DNA of 64,000 bases, taken from Scenedesmus sp. PABB004. Taxonomy: Eukaryota. The position numbers and the translations under genes are program-made. Below are positions 1-12,144 of the stretch, one piece after another. The notes beneath the pieces were generated by a model. The model searched no databases and was not told the origin of the DNA. It saw nothing but the letters and a program-made list of their open reading frames with translations. The first letter of the stretch is position 1. Every line of letters begins with the position of its first letter. The stretch covers positions 186,001-250,000 of the forward strand of contig JABVCE010000019.1 of the NCBI GenBank assembly GCA_014905635.1. Reading direction: 5' to 3'.

Positions 1-3000
1 TGGCGCAGGCCGCGCGCCCGCCGGCCCGAGAGCGCAGCGTCGCTGCACGCGGCGGCCGCGCCGCACCTCGTCCAGCTGCCTCGCCAGCCCCGCCGCGTCC
101 GCCTTGGAGGCGGCCAGCCGCTCGCAGAGGTCGGCCTCGGCCCCGTGCGCCGCCGCCAGCTGGCCGCCCAGGCCCGCCAGCTGCGCGGACAGCTCGGCCA
201 CCTCCGCCGCCAGGCCGCCCGCGCGCGCCGACTCTGCCGCCGCCTGCGCCTGCTCGCGGCCGGCGGGCGCGGCGGCGCACGCGCGCTCGGGCGCGGCACG
301 CCCGACAGCGGCGGCGCCGCGCGGCCCCGCCGGGCGCCCGGCGCACCTGCAGCGCGGTGGCCTCCTGCTGGTGCGCGAGCCGCGCCGCCCGCGCCGCCGC
401 GTCGGCCTCTTGCCGCGCGCCGAGAAGCCTCTTCTCCCCAGGAGCTGCTGCTCCCGCAGCTGCGCCTCCAGCGCCGACACCTGGCGGCCGCGGCGGCAGG
501 CGGGCGCTTAGAAAGCGAGCCACCGCGCGCTGCCCGCCCTCGCCGCAGACCGGCTGGCGCGGCGGCCCACCGCCCGCCGCACCCACCTTGGCCGCGCGCG
601 CCTCGCTCTCCACGCGCAGCCCCGCCAGCTCGTGCGACGCCTCCTTGAGCCGCCGCCGCAGCCCGTCTGCCTCGCCGCCCGCCGCGCCCGCCGACGCCTC
701 GGCCTGACAAGGCGGCGCAGGCACGCCGCGTCAGCCGTGCGCGGCGACACCGCGCGGGGGCGGGGCGGCGGCCGGCGGCGCTCCGAGCTGCCCAGCGCAG
801 CCACCGCACCTTGTCAGCGCGCTCACGCAGCGCCGCGGCCTGGCGCTGCGCCGCGCCGAGCGCCTCGGCCAGGCGCAGCACGTCAGAGCGCGCCTGCGAG
901 CGGCGGCAGCGGCCGCGACCGAGTGGCGCCAGTGCGCTCGCAGGCGTCGGCCGGCCGCGCCTGCGCGCGGCGCTGCACTGCACGGCGTGCGCACCTGCGT
1001 CTCCTGCCGCGCCAGCGCGTCGCGCACGGCCTGCACAGTGGCGGGCGCGCGCCGCGGGCGCGTGTCAGCGACCGTCAACCGGCCCCGCGCCAGCGCGCCG
1101 CGTAGCGCAGCTCGTCACCGCCGCGCCCCCCGTCCCGGCGCGCGGCTCGCCTGGCCGTAGGTCGTCTTCAGCCACGCAATGAGCTTGGGCCACTTGAGCG
1201 GCCCTCCTACTGACGCTGCATAGTCATCGAGAAACTGAGCCAGCGCCCCAACGCGGTGCGGCGGGTGGCGGCAGTCAGCGGCGGCGGCGTGCGTGGGGCG
1301 CGCGGTCGGCGGACGGGTCGCGCGGGCGGCGCCCCGCGCACGCAGCGCCCGAAGCCCCGGCGCGCGCGCCGCACCCGCGCCAGCGCGTCCGGCAGCGCGT
1401 CCGCCGGCGCGCCGCTAGAGGCTGCCGCGGACAGCCGCGCCGCGCCGGCGAGCAGCAGCTCGTTCGCGGCGGCCGCCGCCTCGGCCAGCCGGCGGCCGCG
1501 CACCTGCGCGAAGCTGCACGGCGCGGCGGTCGGTCGGGGCGGGGGCTTGCCCGGCCCCGCGGCTAGAGCAGCGCTCCGCTGCTAGCTCCCAGCTCGCCGC
1601 CTCCCCTATGCCCGGCCTCACCGCGCGGCGCAGGCGTCCGCATAGCGCCGGCGGTGCGCTGCAACGATGGCCGGCTCGCCGACCGCGACCGCGTCAAACG
1701 CGGCGCCCGCGGCGCCGAGGCAGCGCGCGTGCTCCGCCGCGAGCTCCGCATCCTCGGGCGGCACGTCCTGGCCGCCAGCCCCCCGCGGCGCCGCAGGGGT
1801 TGCGCGCGCGGCGGGGCGGGCGGCGTGAGGCGCGGCGCAGGGGCGGCGCGGCGCGCCCGACGCCGCGCGCGTGCGCCCCCGCGCCGGGGTCACCTCGCTG
1901 AATTCGCGCGCGTACGCCGCCTCCGCCGCGTCCGCCGCGCGCCGGCACTCCTGCTCCGCCACGCCCTGCGCCGCGCGCGGGCGGCGGCGGGCGCGCGCCC
2001 GTCCGTCACCGACTGCGGGACGCGCCGCCCGCGGCCGGCGAGGAGCCTGCTGCTGCGCTGCGCCGCGCCGCCGCGCCTGCCACGCGGTCGTGATGGTCGG
2101 CACCGCGCCGTCGTTGATGGCCGTCACGTACGCCTCCGCCAGCCCCGCCAGCAGCGGGCCGGTCAGCTCGAGCGCCCCCAGCCGCTTCGGCTGCGCCTGC
2201 GCGCGAGAGTGTGGCGCCGGTCGCGCGCGCGGGCGGCGCGCGGTGGGTGACCGGCCGGCGGCGCGGCGGGTGAGCACGGCCGCGACGCCCAAAGCCAAAG
2301 CCCACGGGCGCCGCAAGCAAAGGTGTGCAAACCTTTTCGAAGATGAGCTTGATCAGCGCGGCCACGCCCTCCCGAAACTCCGGGCGCAGCGCCTCGGGCG
2401 GCGTGGTGTCGAGGCTCACGAGTGCCTGCGGGCGCCGCGCGCGCGCGCGCGTGCACAGGGCAAGCCGTCGCGCAAAGCCTGCCGGGAGGGGCTCGGCGCA
2501 GCACGGGCGCGGCCTCAACCCTGCCTGCTCAACCCCCGCCGCCGCCGCCGCGCCTGCTCGTCGTGCATCGGCCGCACGAGCGTCGCGCAGTGGCGGTCGG
2601 GGAAGAGCGCCTTTATGCTCGCCCGCACCGCGTTCTTCGCGTCCGCCGCCGGCCCACCGCCGGGCGCGGGCGCGAGCGCGGCCTCGAGGTACGCCGACGG
2701 CGTGACCTGCGGCGGTGCGTTGCGCGGCGCGGCGCAGCGACACGGCGGCGTCGGCGCCCCGCGCGCCGCGGGAGGCGACGCGCCCGCCTGCGCGTGGCGG
2801 CGGCGTGCCCTCGCCCCGGCCGCGCAGCGCCGGCGCGCCCCGGCCGGCTGCGCCGCACCGCGCCGCCGGCCTCGTCCTCCAGGCGCAGGTAAAAGTCACG
2901 CAGCAGCCACAGGAACGCGGGCGTGTGCGCGCCGAGCTCGGCCGCGTCGGCGTCGGGTCCGCCGCCGCCGCCGGGTCCGCAGCCGCCGCCGCCGCTGGCG

Positions 3001-4005
3001 CGCACGCGCACGTGGCGCGTCATCTCAGTCACCAGCGCCAGCCTGCGCGCGGGTGCGCGCCGGGCCGGCGGCGCGGACGCCGTGGCGCGCGGTGGTCCGC
3101 GGCGCTGCGGGCCCGCCGCCGCAGGGCGCTCCCGCGGCCGCCCGCGCCCTCCCGCGCGCCGCCGCGCCCTGGCGTGCCCCCCGCCGCGCGCCTGTCGAGC
3201 GCGGCCTCGTCGATGCCACCAAACTGGTTGAACACAAAAAGGCTCGACAGCAGCACCGCGAGGCTGAAAACCTGCGTGCTGTACTGCGCCGTCTGCGGCA
3301 ACCACGGCGTGCCGCGGCGGCGGCGGCGACGGTGGCGCGCGCGGCGGGGGCCGGTCGGGGCCGGCGCGGTTGTCCCGCGGCGCCGCGGTGCCCTCGATCG
3401 GTCGCTGCTAGCCCCCGTCCCCTTTGTTGCAGGAAGGAGCCCCACGTCCTAAGTCCTAAACCCTAAACCCCACCTGGTCGTACGCGTCGATGCCCTCCGT
3501 GTCCAGCAGCACGACGTGGTACTCACGGCCCGCCGCGTCGACGCGGCGCTGCGGCGCCGACCACATCCACAGGCCCTGCGGGAGGCGCCGGCGGGGCGGC
3601 GTCGCGGCGCGGCGCGCTCGCGCGGGCGGGCCGCGGGCCGCGCGCGCGCGCCGCCGACCTTGGTGCAGGGGCGGTGCGTCGAGCCGATCTGGAAGCCGCC
3701 CGTCACTGGGCGCCGCGGCGGCGGCGGCGGCGGCGGAAAGGGCTCGGCGCGGGCTCGCACAGGCGCGCACGCCGCCGCGCGCTGGCCGCCGTTGCCCGCT
3801 GAGCACAGCCGTGCTGTGCCGTGCGGCGCGGCGCACCCTGGAGGAGCTGGTTGAGGATGAAGCTCTTGCCTTGCCGCGCGCGGCCGCACACAGCGACCAC
3901 CGAGACCGGGCCCGCCAGGCGCCGCAGCGCGTCCGCGGCGCGGTCGCCGACCGCGAACTTGCCGCTGGCCGCGTCCCAGCGGATCAGCTCCAGCGGCTCG
4001 CCCAT
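1..4005 (-). CDS. Guanylate-binding protein (GBP/atlastin-like large GTPase), multi-exon, 3' end runs off the window start
   Basis: Spliced exons give MGEPLELIRWD...VVAVCGRARQGKSFILNQLL (G1), GSTHRPCTK/GLWMW (G2), VLLDTEGIDAYDQ (G3), TQVFSLAVLLSS, FLWLLRDFY (G4), AEAYVTAINDGAVPTITTAWQ, then helical/coiled-coil exons. ATG at 4005. Confidence 0.9.
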
Positions 4006-4439
4006 GGTGCGGGGCCGCGGGGCCGGGCGCTGGCGCGCGGCGGCAAGCAGTGCTGCTGCGCCGCGCGGCGCTGCTGCTCGCGGCGCGTGGCGGGGGGCGT
4101 GGCAGCCTCCGGCTGTCTGAGGGTGACGGAGGGGCAGAGGGACTCGGTAGCGCTGGCGGAGGGCGGCCCGGGGTCTACAGCGATCGCGGGGCGGCGCCGA
4201 CGCACGAAACCGGTCTCCGGCTGTCGGCCGTCAGCGAGGTTCAGGGGGCCGGCCCCGCGCATGCCACGCCCGCTCGGCACCGCGCCCGGTTCATCCCCGC
4301 CCCCGCACAGCGTGCCGCGTCGCCCCGGGCCGCCTGCGTCCGCGCCCCGGCGCCGGATGTCAGCGCCGCCGCTGCGGTCGCTGCGGGCGCGCGCCAGCTG
4401 AGGCTGACGGAGCGGCCCCAGCTGCGCCTGAGGATTGCG

Positions 4440-7400
4440 ATGACGTACGTCTTCCGGCTCACCGTGCTTGAGGGGCGCGGCTTCGGGGAGGCGGCGCAGA
4501 CGCTGCTGTGTTCCGCCGCGTTCGCGGGCGAGGCCAAGGCCACGCAGTACAGCGTCGGCGCCGACGCGCACGCCTGGCGCTGCACGCTGTCCTGGTCGCT
4601 GTCGCGGGAGGAGCTGCGGCGCGCGAGCGCGGCGGGCGCGAGCCACTGCAAGGTGACGGTGCTCCGAGCCGACGGCGCGCGCCTGGGCTGGGCGGTCGTG
4701 AGCCTGCGCTCCGCCAAGCTGCAGGGGCAGTACAAGTCCGACCCACAGGGTGCGGCGCGGCGCCCCCCGCGGCGGCGGGGCGTGCGGGGCGGGCGGCGCG
4801 GGCGCCGGCGCGGGCCGCGCACGACAACGGCGCCCAACCGCCAACTCCCCCGCACCGCGCCGTGCCGCGCCGCCGCGCCGCGCGGCAGGCAAGTGGCTGC
4901 AGCTCAACGCCTCCAAGCAGGCAGAGCCGCCGCAGCTGCGCGTTGCGTACGAGCTGTGCGAGGAGCGCAGCCTCGAGACGGGCGCCGGCGCGGCGGCCGC
5001 CGACGCCGAGGCGGCCACGCCGCCGCCGCGCCGGGGCGGCGGCGCCGGCGCCGCCAGCCTGCGGCCGTCAAAGTCGGCGTCGCGGCGGGCGTCGCAGTCA
5101 CCCGCCGCCGAGACCGCAGACCCTGCGCCCGCAGCGGCGGCACTCGCGCCCGCAGCGGAGGCACCGCTGGCGCCCGCGGACGAGGCAGCGACTGCAGGGG
5201 AGGCGCCGTCTGCGGACGAGGCGCTGGCAGGGGGCGCAGCAGAGGGCGAGCACGCTGCCGCAGCGTTGCCGGCCGACGCGGAAGCGGCGGCGCCGCTGGA
5301 CGGCGCGGCGGACGCAGACGCAGCGCTGGCGGCCGCAGCAGAGGCGGTGGCCGCGGTGACGGCAGCAGCCGCGCTGCCGCCCGTCCCAGCCGCCGACGCG
5401 CCAGCCGATGAGGCGGCGACAGTGCCGGCTGGGGCGGCCGCGCCTGGCTCGCTCGAGCCCGTCAGCAGCAGCTCTGCGCAGCAGGAGGGGGCCCCCGCGC
5501 CACCTGCAGCAGCAGCAGCGGCAGCAGCGGCGGCTGTGGCGGAGGCGGCGGACGCGGCGGCAGCAGCAGATTCGGCACCAGATGCCGCAGCTGCTGAGAG
5601 GGCCGCGGCGGCGGCCGCAGACCATCAGGCCGACCGGCTGCGGCGGCTGCTGGGCTTGCGCGGGGCGGCGGCCAGCGGCAGCGCGGAGCAGCAGCCGCCG
5701 CGCTCGCCGGATGCGGGCGCCGGCGCTGCGCCGCTCGGCGAGGCCGCTGCCGCGCCGCCGCCGCCGGCCGAGCAGGCGCTGGAGGCCGCGGAGGCGCGCC
5801 TGCCCAGCTTTTCGGAGCGCGCGCGGCAGGCGCCGGGCGACGCGCCGGCCAGCCCGGGCGCCGGGGCCGGCGCTGCGGCGCCGCCGCCGCCGCCGCCAGA
5901 CCCGGTGCGGCGCTTCACGCTCAGCCTGGACCTCCGCAGCTTCCAGGCGGGCCGGCGGCTGCCGCTCGCGCTGGCGAGCACATACGTGCAGGCCTATCTC
6001 CCGCAGGAGCTGCTGGGTGCGGCGGCGCACGGCGGCACGCGGCGGCTGCGCTGCCTGTGCCTGCCCGGCGGCGCGCGCCGCCCGCCTGACCCGCCCTGCC
6101 CCCCCCCTCCCCCCCCCCCCCGCCCCGCCCCGCACGCCCGCACAGCGTTTCTGACCGGCACCTGCGGCGCCAAGCTGCCGCCGCGGCTGTGCCCGCTGCG
6201 CACGCTGCCGGCGGTGGACGTGCCGCGCGGCGCCGAGGCGGCGCTGCCCAACGGCCACGGCGCCGTCGACTTCACCGCCGGCGTGGTCGCGCTCGCGGGG
6301 CTGCTCGCGGCCGAGCCGCGGCTCACGCTGGAGGTGTGGCACAAGGAGAAGTGAGTGCGGCGCCGCCGCGTGCCGCCTGGGCCAGGCGGCCCTCACGCCG
6401 GCGCCGCGGCGCGACCGACCCGCTTCCGCCGCCGCTGCGCAGGCTGCGCGCCGACACGCTGCTCGGCGTCGGCAGCGTGTCGCTCGCGGCGCTGCTGGAG
6501 GAGAGCTGGGTGGACGGCCTGGCGCCGGTGTACGCGCTGATGTCCAAGGCTGGCCCCGCCGGCGACGAGGCAGAGGAGCGCGTTCAGGTGCGCGGCCGCG
6601 CGGCGCAGTGGCGCCGCGGGGAGGGGTGCGCGGGGCTGCGCGGCGACCGCGCCGCGGCGCACGCGCCCGCAGGTTGGCCTGCTGCGCGTGGTGCTGGCGC
6701 TGGAGGACCGGGGCGCCGCGCCGCCGCTGGCATCGGGCGCGATGGCAGCGCCAGCGTCGCCGCTGCGCGCTGCGCAGTTGCCGCTCGGCAGCGCGGGCAG
6801 CCCGCCGCCGCGCACGCCGCCTCGGCGCGCGGCGGCCGGCGCGGCGCCGCGCGCCGCGCCGCGGCCGCAGCCGGCTGCGGCTGCCCTGCCAGAGGGCGGG
6901 CCGCCGCTGCCGCCGCCAGCTGCGGCCGCACCGCCGGAGTACCAGGCGGCCTGGGAGCTGGAGGTCTGGAAGCGGGTGAGCCCCCAGCTGCCCGCCCGCC
7001 GAGCGGCGCGGCCCTGCAGGTGCCCGCCGCGCCGCCGCGCCGGCGCCGCGCCGACGCTGCCCGGCCGCCGCGCAGGCGGAGGAGGCGCGCTTCCGCGCGG
7101 CGCTGCAGGAGCTGGAGCAGCAGCGCATGTCCACGATCGAGGCGGCCTGGGCGCGGCGCGAGCGCGGGCGCGAAGCCGAGATCGCGGCGCTGCGCGCGTC
7201 GTTCGGCCAGCTGGAGGACCAGACGCGGGGGCTGCTTGCGCAGCTGCAGGTGCGGCAAGGGAGGGGGGGGTGCGAGCGCGGGGCGCTGCGCGCGGCGCCA
7301 GGGTCGGCGCGGGCGCCCGCTGACTGACCGGGGGCGCCGCGCTGCCGCCGCCGCATCGTGTCGCGCGGCGCCAGGCGCGCGAGGCCAAGCTGGTCGCGGC

Positions 7401-9043
7401 CGAGGCGGAGCTCGCCCGGCGTGGCGCCGACCTGGAGCGCGCCGCGGCCGGGCGCATGGCCGAGGCCGAGGCGGCGGTGCGCCGGCTGCAGGTGGAGTGC
7501 GAGCACCAGCTGGCGCTCGAGCGGGACCGCACGGCGGCCGCGGCGCGCGGCCGCGACGACGCGGAGGCGCGGCTGCTCGCCGCAGAGGCGCGCGCGGCGG
7601 CGCTCGAGGTGCGGCGCGCCGCGCCGCGCTGCTAGCACGCCGCCGCGGCGGGCGGAGCGCGACGGCCCGCCGGGCCGTCGCTGAGAGAGCCGCCGCCCCC
7701 TCTAACGCTCCCCACTGCCGTGCACCCCACAGGTGCAATTTGCTGAGTTCCGTGCCGCGCAGCGCGACACGCCGGAGGCGCAGCTCGCGGCGCGGCTCGT
7801 GGCGGCCGAGTCTGCCGCGGCGGCGGCGACGGCGCGCGCGGAGCGGGCGCTGGCGGTCAAGCACCGATACAAGCAGCAGGTGTGTGGGCATGAGAGAGCG
7901 GCGGCGCCCGGGCCCTGCCCGCCCCGCACGCCCGAGGCCCTTCGGTGGCAGACCTGCGCGCGGCGGCCGAGGACCAGCGCTGAGGCGCGCCCGTGTGCGG
8001 CGACCGGGCGGTCCGCGCCGCCGCAGGTGGTGCAGCTGGCGCGCGAGCTCGCGGAGCTGCACCAGGCGCGCCAGGCGGAGGCGGCCAGCCGGCTGCAGGC
8101 GGCGGCGGCCGCCGCCAGTGCCAAGGAGGCGAGCTGGTGCGGCGCAGCGAAAGAAGGGGGGGAGAGGGGACGGCAGCCCGCAGCCGAGCCCGCGCGCCGA
8201 CACCGCGCACCGCCCGCCCCGCCGCCGCCGTGCAGCGCCGCCGCCGCGCAGCAGGCGGAGCTGTCCGGCCTGCGGGAGCAGCTGGCGGAGCTCAAGGCCG
8301 CCACGCTCGCTGCTGCGGCCGCCGCCGCCGCCGGCAGCGAGGGCCCGCCCTCGCCCGGCAGCGCACTGCTGGCCCGCCAGCGCCAGCGCTGGCAGCAGCG
8401 CCGCCGTGCGGGGGGCAAGGAGAACGCACAGGCGACGCAGGGCCAGCGGACGGGCGCCAAGTCGCACGCGACGCAGCAGCAGCGCCGCCGCGGCTGGGAG
8501 GAGGAGGAGGAGCGCACGTGGGAGGAGCCGCGCGCGATGGCGGCCAGCTGCGGCAGCGAGTCCGGCGGCGGCAGCAGCAGCGACGAGGAGCGCGCCGGCG
8601 GCTGGGCCCGCGGCGGGCGGCGCAGCCGCGCCGAGCGCAGGGACGGCAGCCGCAGCCGCAGCGCGAGCAGCGACAGCGAGGGCGAGGCGTCGCGCCGCGC
8701 GGCGGCGCGCGGCGGCGGCTTCGGCTCGGCCGACGCGGCCGACGCGGCGCTCGCAGAGGTCGCCGCCCTGGCCGCCATCCTCAACCAGTCGCGCGGCTCG
8801 GCGGCGGCCGCGGCCGCTGCGGCGCGCGCGGGCGGCGCGGCGGCGCGCCCCGCCGGCGGCAGCCCGCGCACGCCGCGCGCGACGCCCACCGCCGCGGCCG
8901 CGCCGGCGCTGGGCGAGGTGCGGCGGCTGCTGCTGGAGCGCGCGGAGCTGCTGGGCAGCGGTCTGTACAGCGCCGACGACCCAGTGGTGCGCCAGATCGA
9001 CGCGCGCGTGTCGGCCCTCGCCGGCGCGCTGCCGGCGGCGTGA
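4440..9043 (+). CDS. CEP120: CEP120/UNI2-like centriolar protein (C2 domains plus coiled coil), multi-exon
   Basis: N-terminal C2-like MTYVFRLTVLEGRGF...LGWAVVSLRS; second C2 RRFTLSLDLRS...LTLEVWHKEK/DTLLGVGSVSL; EYQAAWELEVWKR then coiled coil; C-terminal LLERAELLGSGLYSADDPVVRQID resembles the conserved CEP120 tail. Confidence 0.8.
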
Positions 9044-9414
9044 GGGGCGCGTTCGCGCTGGGGTTGGGGCGCGGGGCCTTGGGTTGAAACCGCCTGGGCC
9101 AGTCCCCCGGCCAGCTCGGCGCCCGGCAACCGCTGCACGCCCGAGCAGCGACCGGCCGCGCAGCGATCGGCCGCAAGCAGCAGAAGCCGTCGCGTCGCCA
9201 CGCCGGGCAGCCGTCGCCGCCGCGCCGCCCCAGCAGCGCATGTCCAAGCGTCCCGCGGACGCCGTGAGCGCCGCCCCCGACCCCGGGTGCGTGCGGGGCG
9301 CTGTGGCTGGGCGGCGGCGTGCGGCAGCAGTCGCGGGCGCCGGGGCGTCGGAGAGCGCAGGCCTGAAGGAAGCCCGCCTCTCCGTGCTCCTGCTCCCCGC
9401 AGTCCCGCCCGTGG

Positions 9415-11600
9415 ATGCTGCGCGCAGCCCTGATGCGCGCCAGCAGCCACGCAGCGCGGCGCGCGGCGAGCGGCAGCAGCGGCGCTCGGCCGCCGCTGCC
9501 CGCGCCGCCGCGCAGCCCCCGCCCGCAGCCCGCCCAGGCCAGCCCACGGCGCCCCAGCGCAGCCGGTCTCACCTCGCTCGCCGCGCCGCTGCCGCCGCCG
9601 CCGCCCGGCAGGGAGCGGGCGGTGCGCGCGCGCGCGAGCGGCGGCAGCGGCAGCGGCGGCAGCGATGCGGCGGCGGCGGCCGCCGCCGCGGCGGCCGAGG
9701 CGGGGGACCTGCTAGACGCGCTGTACGGCGCCGACGAGCCCCCGCCGGCGCCGGCGCCCGCGGCCGCGCCGGCAGCAGCTGCGGCGGACGCCGCGGAGCT
9801 GCTCGATCAGCTCTATGGCAGCGACGAGCAGCAGGGCCCAGCACCGGCAGCGCCAGCAGCAGCGGCAGGGCCAGCAGCAGCGGCAGCAGCGGCAGCAGCG
9901 CCGTCGCGCGCCGCCGCCGAGCCGGGGCAGCCGCAGGCGCGCGCACCGGCGGTCGTCGCGGCCGCGTCGGCCGCCGCCGCCGCCGCCGGCGACGCGCCCG
10001 CGGAGCCGCCGCCGCAGCCCTCCGCGCAGCAGCCGGGCAGTCCCGCCGCCGGCGGGCGCGCGCCGCCGACGCGCGTCGTCGCGCCGCACCTGCCGGCCGA
10101 CCTGGCGGGCACGTTTGCCAACGCCGTGCTGCTGGTCGACAAGCCCAAGGGCTGGACCAGCTTTGACGCCTGCAACGCGCTCAAAAAGGCGATCCAGCGC
10201 CTCGGCGTGAAGAAGGTGAGAGACCGGCACCGCCGGGCCGGGCCGCGCGGGGGAAGGGGACGGCGCGCGGCGCGCGCCACGTGGCGCGCCGCGCAGCGCC
10301 CGGCCGCGCGGCCGGCCGGCGCCGAGGCCGCCGCCCGCCTGCGCCGGCGCCGCGGCGGCGCGCGCAGGTGGGCCACGCGGGCACGCTCGACCCGGCTGCC
10401 ACGGGTCTGCTGATCATCTGCACCGGCGCGGGCACCAAGTCGATCGAGGGGTTCATGGCCGCACACAAGGCGCGGCGGCGGCTGTCGTGTGCCGGGGGCT
10501 GCGCCGGCGGGACGGCGCGCCCGCGGCGGCCGCGGCCCCCACGCTCACGCACGCACACACGTTCCAGTCTCGCACACAAACTGAACACACGCGCAAATGC
10601 GCACGGCCGCGCAGGAGTACAGCGGCACGCTGAAGCTCGGCGAGGCCACGCCCAGCCTGGACGCCGAGACGCCGGTCGAGACGCGCCTGCCCTGGGACCA
10701 CATCACCGGTGCGCCGCGTCCGCCGCGCCCGCCGCCGCCGCCGCTCTTGGCTTCTTGCTGCCGCCGACGCGGCCCCTAGCTAAATCCCCTAACCCCAACG
10801 CCGCGTGGTCAACCCCGCAGACGACGCGCTCGCCGCGGCGGCGGCCAAGCTGACGGGCGACATCGAGCAGGTGCCGCCGATGTTCAGCGCGCTGCACCAC
10901 CAGGTGGGCGGTCGCCTGACGATGCAGGCCCGGCCTGCGCGCGCGCGCGCGCGGCCGCCCGATGCGCCACGGGGCCTGGAGGTCCCCCCCCCTTCACGTT
11001 GCCGCCGCGCACCGCCGCGCGCCGCAGGGCCAGCGCCTGCACGAGCTCGCGCGCGCCGGCGTCACCGTCGAGCGCGCGGCGCGGCCGGTCACGGTCACGC
11101 GCTTCGACGTGCACAGGCGCGCCGGGGGCGCTGCTGCGAGCGTCGGCGCCCCGGCGCGGCGGCGGGGCTGCGGGGAGGGGGCGCGCCACGCATGCCGCCG
11201 ATCTGCGCCGCGCCAACCGCCGCGCCGGCGCGCCGCGCCGCCGCAGGGACGCGTCCGATCCGCAGCTGGTGCACTTTTACGTCGGCTGCTCAAAGGGGAC
11301 CTACGTGCGCACGCTCGCAGCCGACCTTGGCGCCGCGCTCGGCTCGGCCGCGCACCTCGTGGCGCTGCGGCGCGAGGCGATCGGGGACGCGCGCGTCGGC
11401 GACGCGTGGGGCGCGGAGGCGCTCGTCGACGGGCTCTGGGCGGCGATGCGGTGCGCGCGCGCGCAGCGCGGGCGGCGGCTCGCCCGCACTCGGGCCGGGG
11501 GCCGGGCGGGGGCGGGGGGCCGCAGCCGCAGCCGCCGAGCCTCGCCGCCGCTCCCGCTGCCCGCCGCAGGGAGCAGGGCATCGCTGGGCCCGCGAGCAGC

Positions 11601-11650
<50 letters not shown>

Positions 11651-11771
11651 GCGGGGCCGGGCGCGCGGCGGCGGCAGGGGCAGGGCGCGTGGCGGCAGGA
11701 AGCAGCAGCAGCAGCCGGACGGCGGCGGCGGTGGCGGGGACGGTGGCGCCGAGCAGCCGGAGGCGGCGTAA
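9415..11771 (+). CDS. TRUB: tRNA pseudouridine synthase B (TruB family), probably organelle-targeted, multi-exon
   Basis: [36 protein letters not shown] (catalytic Asp), [43 protein letters not shown]. The Arg/Ala/Ser-rich N-terminus looks like a transit peptide. Start codon uncertain. Confidence 0.9.
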
Positions 11772-12144
11772 GGCAGGCTGTGGCGTCAGGGCCGGCGTCG
11801 GTAAGCTCGGCCTCCAGCTGACCCGACCGCGGGTCCGCGCCCGCCGCCGGCGGGCGGCGGCAGGTCCCGGGAGCTTTCGGGGGAGCAATTGGCGCTCGCA
11901 CGAGCCCGCGCCGCCGCTGTCGAGGCGCAGGCGCGCCAGTCTGGTCCAGTACTGCAGGCGCAACCGCCGCCGCTAACACCTCGCCCCCGCAGCAGCGCCC
12001 GCAGCGGCTGGAGACGCGGAAGAGCTCAAACTGCGCCACGACCTGCACCACGCGCCCCGAACGAGCCGGCGCGCCCGCCACCAACGCTGCTGCCGAGATG
12101 TTGGCCTGACCGCCCGCCACAGCCGCCGCGCGATCTCGCGCGCC

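Noticed and set aside
6189..10166. 1325-aa ORF and other very long Ala/Arg/Pro/Gly-rich ORFs in the track (e.g. 6584-9547, 27089-29728, 39583-41643)
   Set aside because: Stop codons are rare at this GC content. These frames cross introns and gene boundaries and are largely shadows of the real spliced genes.
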